Positions 1-12,100 of a stretch of DNA of 64,000 nucleotides are shown one piece after another. The position numbers and the translations under genes were made by a program. The notes under the pieces were generated by a model. That model saw nothing but the letters and a program-made list of their open reading frames with translations, ran no database searches and had not been told where the DNA came from. Position 1 is the stretch's first letter, and every line of letters begins with the position of its first letter. The stretch is from Mizuhopecten yessoensis. Its lineage: Eukaryota. The DNA is taken from NCBI RefSeq assembly GCF_002113885.1, contig NW_018408296.1, positions 8,123 through 72,122 of the forward strand. Direction: 5' to 3'.

Positions 1-250
1 CTGCCTTATCTTACTAACTTTTAGGGTAGAGAAACTGTCAAGAAATCAGATAGCAGTATGCTAATAAATTACATACATGCTTTGCTCACCTTAATTTAGA
101 CTATGTGATTGTTTAATATAAATATTAAAAAGTTTCATCAGAATGCAATCATATTTCACTAAGTTATTGTGCAGAAACCGTCAACTAATCAGAGCACAGT
201 ATGCTAATTCAATATGGCCATACATTTTTTTGATGGGCATAAAGTTTTTA

Positions 251-864
251 NNNNNNNNNNNNNNNNNNNNNNNNNNNNNNNNNNNNNNNNNNNNNNNNNN
301 NNNNNNNNNNNNNNNNNNNNNNNNNNNNNNNNNNNNNNNNNNNNNNNNNNNNNNNNNNNNNNNNNNNNNNNNNNNNNNNNNNNNNNNNNNNNNNNNNNNN
401 NNNNNNNNNNNNNNNNNNNNNNNNNNNNNNNNNNNNNNNNNNNNNNNNNNNNNNNNNNNNNNNNNNNNNNNNNNNNNNNNNNNNNNNNNNNNNNNNNNNN
501 NNNNNNNNNNNNNNNNNNNNNNNNNNNNNNNNNNNNNNNNNNNNNNNNNNNNNNNNNNNNNNNNNNNNNNNNNNNNNNNNNNNNNNNNNNNNNNNNNNNN
601 NNNNNNNNNNNNNNNNNNNNNNNNNNNNNNNNNNNNNNNNNNNNNNNNNNNNNNNNNNNNNNNNNNNNNNNNNNNNNNNNNNNNNNNNNNNNNNNNNNNN
701 NNNNNNNNNNNNNNNNNNNNNNNNNNNNNNNNNNNNNNNNNNNNNNNNNNNNNNNNNNNNNNNNNNNNNNNNNNNNNNNNNNNNNNNNNNNNNNNNNNNN
801 NNNNNNNNNNNNNNNNNNNNNNNNNNNNNNNNNNNNNNNNNNNNNNNNNNNNNNNNNNNNNNNN
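251..864. other. assembly gap (N run)
   Basis: Run of N. A second short gap lies at 4062-4113. Confidence 0.99.
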
Positions 865-2768
865 ACCTTGTTTGTCTATTATAACTCACCATCTCACATA
901 GCTGTATCAATACCTCTAAATCTCATTCCCAAGTTTGTTTATTGTAACTCACCATCTCACATATCTGTTTCAATATCTCTAAATCTCATTACCTTGTTTG
1001 TCTATTATAACTCGCCAACTCACATAGCTGAATCAATACCTCTAAATATCATTCCTATGTTTGTCAATTATAACTCACCAACTCAAATAGCTGTATCAAT
1101 ACCTATAAATCTCATTACCCTGTTTGTCTATGATAACGCGCCTTCTCACATAGCTGTATTAATACCTCTAAATCTCATGCCTATGTTTGTCTATTATAAC
1201 TGGGGGGCTCACATAGCTGTATCAAAACCTCTAAATCTCATACCCAAGTTTGTTTATTGTAACTCGCCATCTCACATAGTTGTTTAACATCTCTAAATCT
1301 CATTGCCTTGTTTGTCTATTATAACTCACCAACTCAAATAGCTGTATCAATACCTATAAATCTCATTACCCTGTTTGTTTATTGTAACTCGCCATCTCAC
1401 ATAGTTGTTAAACATATCTAAATCTCATTCTTGTGTCTGTTTTTTCAAACTTACCATCTCATCACAATTCAATTGCTACTAAATCTGATTAATCCCTGGG
1501 TGTACACGCAAACTCACCAACTGACTTTTTCTACACTCAAACTCACCAACTGGCTTTTTCTACGCTCAAACTAACCAACTGACTTTTCTACGCTCAAACC
1601 CACCAACTGACTTTTTCTACACTCAAACTCACCAATTATCTGTGTCTACAATCAAACTCGCCAAATTACAACTGTACTTGTAAATACCTCTAAATCTCAT
1701 GCCTATGTTTGTCTATTATAACTGGGGGGCTCACATAGCTGTATCACTACCTCTAAATATCATTCCTATGTTTGTCTATTATAACTCGCCATCTCACATA
1801 GTTGTTAATCATCTCTAAATCTCATTACCCTGTTTGTCTATGATAACGCGCCTTCTCACATAGCTGTATCACTACCTCTAAATATCATTCCTATGTTTGT
1901 CAATTATAACTCACCAACTCACATAGCTGTATTAATACCTCTAAATCTCATTGCCTTGTTTGTCTATTATAACTGGGGGGCTCACATAGCTGTATCACTA
2001 CCTCTAAATATCATTCCTATGTTTGTCAATTATAACTCACCAACTCACATAGCTGAATCAATACCTCTAAATCTCATCCCTAAGTTTGTTTTTTACAACT
2101 CACCATCCTACATAGCTGTATCAATGCCTCTAAATCTCATTCTTGTGTCTGTTTTTTCAAACTTACCATCTCATCACAATTCAATTGCTACTAAATATGA
2201 TTAATCCCTGTGTATACACTCAAACTCACCAATTATCTGTGTCTACAATCAAACTCGCCAAATTACAACTGTACTTGTAAATACCTCTAAATCTCATGCC
2301 TATGTTTGTCTATTATAACTCGCCAACTCACATAGCTGTATCAAAACCTCTAAATCTCATTACCTTGTTTGTCTATTATAACTCGCCATCTCACATAGCT
2401 GTATTAATACCTCTAAATCTCATGCCTATGTTTGTCTATTATAACTCGCCATCTCACATAGTTGTTAAACATCTCTAAATCTCATTCTTGTGTCTGTTTT
2501 TTCTTACTTACCATCTCATCACAATACAATTGCTACTAAATCTGATTAATCCCTGTGTATACACGCAAACTCACCAACTGACTTTTTCTACGCTCAAACT
2601 CACCAACTGACTTTTCTACGCTCAAACTCACCAACTGACTTTTTCTACGCTCAAACTCACCAACTGACTTTTTCTACGCTCAAACTCACCAACTGACTTT
2701 TCCTACACTCAAACTCACCAATTCTCTGTGTCTACAATCAAACTCGCCAAATTACAACTGTACTTGTA
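865..2768. repeat. composite minisatellite (~60-bp unit plus 28-29-bp unit), intronic to CHORDC1
   Basis: Repeated cctctaaatctcatt...tgtttgtctattataactc.cca.ctcacatagctgtatca units, interspersed with blocks of aaactcaccaactgactttttctacgctc. Confidence 0.95.
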
Positions 2769-3007
2769 CCTATAGAGATCACTTCATTTATATGTGTATT
2801 AATTCAGGATCACTGCACATCTGTCAAGGGGCTCAGATAAGCTCCAATACAGATAAATAAAAAGTTCCCCAACTGTACAAGTGTCTTTTAAGCGCTCCAA
2901 ATGTTAAGGTTCATCTCAAGGTCTTGGATAGTTCAAACACAAACAGCTCACATAATTCTAGACCTCAATGCAAACCAACTTTGGTAGTTTTCATAGAATA
3001 TATTTAC

Positions 3008-3196
3008 CTCTCGCAATTCTATATGTCTTTCATATATGTTTTTTCCTCCTTCAAATGTAATGAAGATATTGCAGGAGACTTGATTGGCTTCAATGAGACA
3101 TTTATCAGGAACGGCCACTTTGGTGAACACGGAGATGGTGACAGTGGAGGGGGTCTGGTGCCAATCTGTCCGACAAGCTATCTTTTGTTTGTTTGA
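3008..3196 (-). CDS. CHORDC1: CHORDC1 exon 8 (CS domain N-terminal part)
   Basis: Acceptor ttgcag; [26 protein letters not shown]...HIELRE; donor gtaaat. Confidence 0.92.
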
Positions 3197-6100
3197 CTGC
3201 AATAGAGATAAGGCATCAACTTAAATAATACAAATATTTACATAGAAATTAGACCATCAACGTACGCCTTATAAACTCTCCCAGATCTGGAATGTATATT
3301 TAACATCTGTATAAAAAATACAAGATTTTTGATATAGAAATCTGTTGATGATTGGATTATAAAATTTCAATATCAATGAAGCCATTATTGAAGATGTTTG
3401 ACAGCAATACATATTTTCTCTTTGGTTTTAATTGCCTTTATATGGAATATTATTTTATTTTGAAAATGTTCCTGATGATCAAAGTGTCACATTGAAGATG
3501 TCAAGAACATAACACCAACATAATAATAATAAATATTAATAATTTGAGGTTCTTATATTTATAGATTATCACACTGTATTTTCAGGGTTTGTCGTGAGAA
3601 CAATAGTGTATGATAGACTATTTATCATCTATATACTACTACCATATATATTTCTCCATTTAACAAGAGGCCCAATGGGCCTGCATCGCTCACCTGGTAT
3701 TAATCTCACACTTGTAATCTTAAAAGTGGACTAAAATACAGTTACAGGCAAAATATCAGTGTTTCATTCATAAGAACCTATTAAAAGATTTAAACATATG
3801 ACACCTGTGACCTTGAATGTTGAACAAGGACATTATAATATTAGGTTGAACAGAGTTTATAGTCTTCCAACCCAGCATGCTTCTGGAAAAATATCATTAC
3901 CCTGGACCTTTTGGTTATACAGAACAAATCATTTTAAGATTTAAACATATATTGACCACTGTGACCTTGAATATGGGCGAAGGTCATTCACTTGGTAGTC
4001 CTTCATCCCAGCATGTTAATGGCCAAATATCATCACCCTTGGCCTTTTGCTTATTAAGAAGNNNNNNNNNNNNNNNNNNNNNNNNNNNNNNNNNNNNNNN
4101 NNNNNNNNNNNNNATCACCCTAGGCCTCTCGGTTATTCAGAAAAAGTTGTTTAAAGGTTTTAAACATATTTGACCCCTGTGACCTTGAAAGTGGGTCAAG
4201 GTCATTTATTTGAACAAACTTGGTAGCCCTTCATCCCAGCATATTACTGCCCAAATATCATCACGCTAGGCCTCTCGGTTATTCAGAAAAAGTTGTTTAA
4301 AGGTTTTAAACATATTTGACCCTTGTGACCTTGAAAGTGGGTCAAGGTCATTCATTTGAACAAACTTGGTAGCCCTTCATCCCAGCATGTTACTGGCCAA
4401 CTATCATCAACCTGGGCTTCTTGGTTATTCAGAAGAAATTGTTTAAATGTTTTTAACATATTTGACCCCTGTGACCTTGAATATAAGTCAAGGTCATTTA
4501 TTTGAAAAATCCTGGCAGCCCTTCATCCCAGCATGTTACTAGTCAAATATTATCACTCTAGGCCTCTTGGTTTTTCAGAAGAAGTTGTTTAAATGTTTAT
4601 AACATATTTGATCCCTGTGACCTTGGATATAAGTCAAGGTCATTTATTTCAACAAACTTGGTAGTCCTTCATCCCAGCATGTTACTGGCCATATATCATC
4701 ACCCTAGGCCTCTCGGTTATTCAGAAGAAGTTGTTTTAAAGATTTTTACATATTTGACCCCTGTGATCTTGAATATAAGGCAAGGTCATTTATTTGAACA
4801 AACTTGGAAGCCCTTAATTCAAGCATGTTACTGGCCAAATATCATCATCCTAGGCCTCTTGGTTATTCAGAAGAAGTTGTTTGAAGATTTTAACATATTT
4901 GACCCCTGTGACCTTGAAAATTGATGAAGGTCATTTATTTAAACAAACTTCGTACCCTTCATCCAAGCAAGCTTCTGGCCAAATATCATCATCCTAGGCC
5001 TTTTGGTTACTGAGAAGAAGTTGTTTAAAGTAAAAAGTTGACGCCGGACGGACGCCGCACCATGCCATAAGCTCACTTGGCCATTCGGGCCAGGTGAGTT
5101 AAAAAAGTCAACTAAACACCATGTTTTCCAAATGACTTTTAAGTCAACGATCGCCTGTGACAAATGTAAACAAAAAGAAGTTTTGCTAGGAGGAATACAA
5201 TGAACCTTACAACTATGTAAAAAAAATCAAAAAAAATCCTATCATAACTGGCTTTAAATCCTATCGTCACTTGCTTTTCATATGTCCATTTACACCTGAA
5301 ATGGTGTTGTTATTATTACAATATTTTTTCCATAATATACTGATATGTTTATGACGAACTATTTTCTTGCGCGGATTACTTTTGTGTGGACACTATTTCC
5401 AGTTTTGAACGTCATCTGGCATTTTCAACTAGCCAATATCTTTCTCAACTCCCTGGGGAGCATACAGCCGGTGCTGCCAGTTCGGTGCTCACAGCTAGCA
5501 TTCAACTCATTTACAGCTGAGTAGGCTGGAATAAGAGGAGTAAAGTATCTTGTTCAAAGATACAACACAGTGCCATGACGTGACTCAAATTTGCCACCCT
5601 TCTGTCACGAGCCCGGCATCCTACCACCGTGCCTCAAACATAACACATTAAAATATTTAAAATCAGTCATAAAAGCTATTGAAGTACTACCAAAGCAATG
5701 ATAGTTATACCAACCTCTGGATTGATCCACAAATGAGTTTCAGTCTCACATCCTTCCTGCTCAAGAAAATTTTCAAAGTCTGATGTTTTCCTTTGGCAGC
5801 ATGACCAAAACTTCATCCTTCATTTGAATAAATGACAGAACATTAAACTTGTATTTGCCTTGCATTTCCATGACATATTAGTAAAATAATTAGAGGTTTT
5901 TATATACAGCTTTATCACAACATAGTTCGTAGGTCATCTCAAAGCAGTTCACAAATTTAACGTAAACAATACTCTACAGAATCACCCGACTTCGACTCTG
6001 GTGTGGTGATCAATACATTACATCTACACAATATGATGAAATCACAATCGTCACCCTGGAGATTATTGGCCAATGATGGCTGTTGGCTGTTTCATTGACA

Positions 6101-9100
6101 GAAATGCTTCTGTGCCTTAAATTTGAATGACAACTTCAATATTTATCTTTTAAATACAACTGGCCCCAGAGCTTGTTTTGCTCAACAAGACACTTTTAAG
6201 CAATTTTGGCAAAATATTCTCATTTAAAGTACTGTTGTAATTATCATTTCATTTTGGGACCCACCTTTTAGCACCTACAGGGACAATACCCTTCCTTCAA
6301 TAACATTTTAGTCCCTAGTCCTATGGGTGGTGATCTTGACATTTTCAAAGTAATAATCCAAAGATTATAATAAGTCCCCAGAGGCTTGCATGATCCAGGG
6401 AGCAATCATGCTACACAAACGTATTGATTAGGCCAAAATAGGGAAATCTGTGCAATATTACTTTTCATTGGAATCTTTTGCCAGGATAACTTCTATATCA
6501 TGGTTAACAATTCAGGCCTTTTAGACCTTTTGCTATATCTGTGTTTTTGTGCTATACTGATCATTAGATATGTTCATTTATCTATCATTTTCATAAAAAA
6601 TTACAGTAACATTAACCTTTGACCTTTACATTTGTGAAGAGCAATCCCATGGCCAAGCAAGTACTTTCTTCGAGGAATCCCTGTTCATGACTTAACAAAT
6701 TCATTTTAACTGACAATGGGAAGTGAAGCTATTTTACAGGAGGACAGAAATACTACATACCCTTCATGAAAAATAGGTGTACCAGGATGATATAGGCATT
6801 TCTCTTTGTTACTGTCGTCACCATTGTAACACTGGAAATAAAATGTTCAAGTATCGTACCCAAGGTGTCACTTACACTCTCTGCATCCGTGTCATAGCAA
6901 AGTTGAAGGCATGCGGCTAGCTATTTAATTGGTCTAAGGCAAAAACCTGTCCTTTGAAGATTACAGAGGAGTGACACCCAACTTCAAAACCAGACAATTT
7001 TACCTTTACATGACCAAGAGATTCTTTTGATGTGTAATCAAAGGATCAAACTAGCCTTCTCGTCCCATTAACATGGGGGTGCACATTGAGCCTTTAATTT
7101 TGCTAAGACATATTCCAGGGTGCAGGGAGCAAAAGTGACCGAAACCTCTGGAATTTCGAGGATGACAATTAATATGAGCTGTATGTTTATGAGTTTTAAT
7201 ACATACAGATAGTGATACATTTATGTTCATAATTATTAATCTAAATAACATAAGAAATGGTTAAAACATTAAGGTATATATGGAAGTAATATAGACTGAT
7301 AATAACATTATATTGACAAAACTAATATGACACAGTCTATTATTGTCTGACACTGCTCAATGAAGTCAACCATGTGAAAAATGGTGATAGACAAAGCTCC
7401 CTGCCATCGGCTGATTTGAGTATTTTGAGGGGTGAACAAAAAAAATTGAGATACTTACAGATTTACATGCATTACGTTTACAAGATGTTCCAATTTTTAC
7501 TTCCCCGCTTTTTCCATCTGTATCTGAAATGAGTGAAAGTCTGAATGAGTGGAAGTTCTGTATAGAATCATAAACTCTAATGTCACACAGAATTTAAATC
7601 CAATCTCTGGTATAAAATACTATACATTATTACAACTTTTCTAATTTCTTATTCATTATCAGGATTTATATTTTTTGGAAATTGTCCCCACGATGAAATT
7701 AGGAAAAACCATCAAAAACAAAATATTTTGAGAAATTTGGATTGTCATTATAACATATGAATACATAAATGCGAATACAAACAGGAAGTTAAAACTCATT
7801 TTGCAAGCTTTCAAAAACATTTTTTTTATCATGCAAAGAGTACAAATGACCAGTGTCTCAACTCTAAATGGCCGTTAAACTCCCACAGCCTGTTGACTAG
7901 GTACCGTGATAATATAAGCACCTGCATTCTGTTGAATTAAACTGAGCTCTTTGAGTTTTTTTTCCAGGGCTGTTTTTAAAGATGCTCCTATAGTACACTT
8001 GAGTTTTTGTTTAGGTTCGCTAGCAGATGGTCTATCATTGGGATCCTTCGGTTTCACTGGCTGGCGAGGCGGTTCACATGGAATAACCTGCATCGAATCA
8101 TCAGATATGATAATTATATATAAACTGTTGTAACAAGGGAGACAAAACAAGTAGGTTTTTTCATCACTACTTCAATGGGAGCTGTTAGTTAAGTAAAAAG
8201 GTAAAATACAGGCTCGCTGACAAGTAAAAGTAGAATAAACGGTTAAAATAAATACACATTGTTAGGAAAAACTAAAACACACAGGTAAAATATAGACTCA
8301 TTGACAGGTTATAACCTAATATACACAAGTAAAATTAACACTCACTGACATGTATAATACATGAGAAAAATACAGATTTACTGCCAGGTAAAATTGAATA
8401 CACAGTTAATGCATCACTGAAGACACATTTGAACTCTTCCAATTCAAATGATGGAATAATTCATTATGAAATTTCAGGGGCGAATGAGTTAAGAACAATG
8501 AGAAGGTGCCAATGTAAAAAGATCAGTACAGTCTTAGGGGGCCGGGTGATTTTTGAGAAAAAAAAAGATCCTTGGGCATGGGTGCTCTTATGGAAAAAAT
8601 GCCATGATCACTCACTTTGCAACACATTTACAAACGTTCCTATCTTAATTTGCCACAAAAATAAACAGCAAAATTCTGTAGCTATTGTCATTTAAGCCTT
8701 TGATTATTATATAATAATTAGGAGAGATTTGAAGAAAAAACAGATGTACCGGTAACCTGAATGGCTAACAAAAAGTAAATGTTTATATAGGTATGGGTTC
8801 AGTATTTATTTGACCAAAGTGACAATAGAAAGTATTTCAAAAGAGACATTCAGTGATAATTCATGACTTTGGCAGATTTATAAGTTTGTAGATATTGTCT
8901 TCTTATATTATTTGTCTTTAACAAATGTATGACAAATAAGGTTTATCAGTTCAGAAATATTTAATATCGAATGTAGAAAGTATAACTTTGATATTTTAAC
9001 AAGTGTATAACTTATATCAACAAGAGCATCAGTGGAACTGATGTAGAATGAACATTTTTGGGGAGCATAAAAATGGATAAAGATAAACAAGTGTTCCTAC

Positions 9101-12100
9101 CTCATTGTCAGGTTTTTGTTGTTTTTCTGCCTCTGGAGGTTTCACTTCATTATGTTTGGCATTTGTACAACCCTGCAATAGGTTAATATGCAGATGTACA
9201 ATGTAATTAAAAAAATCATCAGGTAAGTATATGTGTTACCATTTTCAGTAGCATTATATTGTTATGTTAGTTTTATCCATAATAACGTCTTGTCTTGCCA
9301 ATTTTTTGAAAACACAAATAGGCAAGTGCAGTGTGGAATTTATATTACTGTACCATTGTTTAAAAATTGTTTATACCATGTATCGATAGTTTTGTCCCTG
9401 TTTTTCAGTTGCCTTTTCATTCAATGGTTGAAAAAGAAAAGAAAAGATATAAGGGCAAACAACTTTTAGTTTGCTTATTGACAAAGAAATTGGTTTACAT
9501 ACTTCAATAATTTTTGAGGAAGACCTTAATAGCTTTCATGAACAGAATGTTATACAGAGTTACAACAACATTGTGATACACAAAGATACACTTAAATTCC
9601 ATTAGTTAAAAGATTTGACAAACACTTACAAACATTTATATTATACAGGCATCATAATGTGTACAGTAATTAAGACCTTATTATACTGCCAACAGTTGTC
9701 CAGAGTCTGAGAAAATTTGGCATTATGAAGGGGTTTGGCGATAAATTGTGGGAAATATAGAAGTTGACTAAAAAGAAGAATTAAACAAAAGGGGTGTTGT
9801 TAAATATGTTAGCGATAAACAAGTCCAAGGTGGCAAATGAAACAAAGGGCATTATACTGATGATTTAACTCATTCACCCCTGCAGACACATTTGAACCCT
9901 TCCAATTCAAAGGTTGGAAGAGTTTATTATGAAATTTCAGGGGTGAATGTTAAATGTTAAGTTTTGATTTAGTAAGATAAAATTTGAGAGAAAAGATACT
10001 CAATTTCCACTGGGGTTGGGTGAAACACTGAAGATATGTACATGTATACATAGTCAATTGCTTCTCTCTAGAGTGATTACATTTAGATGATTTTATCATA
10101 TTTTGCCGTCATGATGAAATTTTAATTTTCATGGTCACAAAGAATTTTCTTAAGTCTTGTAGTGTTAAATATAACTGACTGTTATGCTACATAACAAAAC
10201 ACACAGTCTTCTTAACACACGCTATATGCTATATTTACAGTGTGTTGTGTAAAATTAGAATTAATTAAACACTCATGAAGACTAAGAAGTTTTACATTCA
10301 ATATCACATATCTACAAAAAATTAATGTAATTGCGGAAAGGTTGCCTCAGATTTCACCCTAGGAATATTGAGAAATTTACATAAGAATTCACATACCGTG
10401 TGTACATAAACAGAAAATTACTGACAGAACATTTATAATTTTACTTCTAGTACTATAGTAGATTTATTTAACACATTTACATACAGGAATACTAAGGAAT
10501 TCGGAGAAGTCAGTGCTTCGTTTCTTACAGCAGGACCAACCCTTCAAGGCATCATGGAATACAGGTCCTCCGGGATGGTACTGACAGTCCCCTGTAACAA
10601 AATAAGTGAAGGATATTTCAAGTAACCAAAACAACATAATAATAATAAGAGTAACTGTTAGCAATCATTAAAAATAGCATTTTTGTATGTAGATATACCA
10701 TGACCTCTTATTTTAATCAGACATAAATTCCGCAACAAAATGCAAGATGTCAACAGGCTTTAATCAGTTTAATACTTGTATTCACTCTAAATTTTATTGT
10801 GCTCAACATATTTGACCCTTTAACCTTGAAAATAGTACAAGGTCATTCATTTTTCTGTAGACTGATAGACATTGGCTATGTGAAAACCAGATGGTCTATG
10901 AAACACGTCAGTATGATAATTGTATCAACTTCAAATAGCGGAAAATTTTCAAGTCATTAGAAATTAAGTATTTCACAGGCACTTTTTTCTAGTTTTGTTC
11001 GTTTCCTTAATTTAGACACAATAGGTTCAATAGAATATTGGAATATCAAGTACAGTCAACATACTACATATTCAAATGTTTAGATGGATTTAGGCAAGGC
11101 AAAAGAAAAGAAAGGCACCAGTGTCAAAATTGAAGCAACAGAAACTTGGAAGAAGATCATAATGAGATTAACAGAATCATTCACCCCCTTTGGGGTGAGA
11201 TAAGGGAATCTCAACCCGAGGGGGGAGATTCTGATGTTACCAAACACAAGGCTTTGCCGAGTGTTTGGCAACTTAAGAATCTTTCCCCGAGGGTTGAGAT
11301 CCCCCTATATCTTACCCACAAGGGGGTGAATGATTCTTTTTCTCTTACCCTGTTCTCCCAATGTGTATCATATACACAACGTAATGATAACGTTACATGC
11401 TAAATTCAGGGTTGACGTGACCTTGATGGATTGTTGACGTGACGTCATTGTATTGTTGCAGTGACGTCATACCATTATTATAAATAGGGGAATCCCCCCG
11501 TCTCAACCCTAGGGCGGAGACAGATAAATCTAGCACCGGCAAAACAGGAGATACATCTGTCAGGTGTGGGAGAAAAGGGAATACAGGTCTCTGTCTCATT
11601 AGAAGGTGGGACGGAATGGCTACTCAATAATGATGATAAAATATGGTATAGGATATGGGTTACAGTTGGCTTTCAACGTTGCAATTTTTGGCACTAGTAT
11701 ATCTTTTATCCTCTGTATCTAATGGTTACACAAGAATTCTGAATTATCTTCCGAAAGGACACCAAAGGTGTGAATCTGCATCTTAGGGATGCTAATTATC
11801 TACAGGAAGACATCGATGCCAAATTGAATTATTGAATATAGACACACGCTTTTAACAATTTTATCGACGTGCACACGATAAATATTACGAGTAATGGGTT
11901 GTTTGTTAACATTCGTCCTATACTGTATATGTATAGTAGTCAAAATATTTGACTACACTGTATATACAGTATTTGGTTAAATCAGCCCCAAGTAATATCG
12001 GCCAGGCTGATTCTACCCAAGTGAAATCGGCCCAAGTTAAAATCGACCCTACTAGTATATATCTATATGTTAAAAACATGGGATATAGACATAAATTTAT

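Noticed and set aside
143-1287. Long ORFs spanning the N gap
   Set aside because: Artefacts of translating Ns and the minisatellite.
1893-2478. 20-aa repeat ORFs (MFVYYNSPTHIAV...)
   Set aside because: Products of a 60-bp intronic minisatellite antisense to CHORDC1, with frequent frame breaks.
2560-2725. CRISPR-like array of 28-29-bp repeats
   Set aside because: Units are directly tandem without unique spacers, in a eukaryotic intron.
11935-11962. Palindromic ...gactacactgTA as the left TIR of the Tc1 element
   Set aside because: It is oriented like a right end and has no partner beyond the transposase, so it cannot be assigned.
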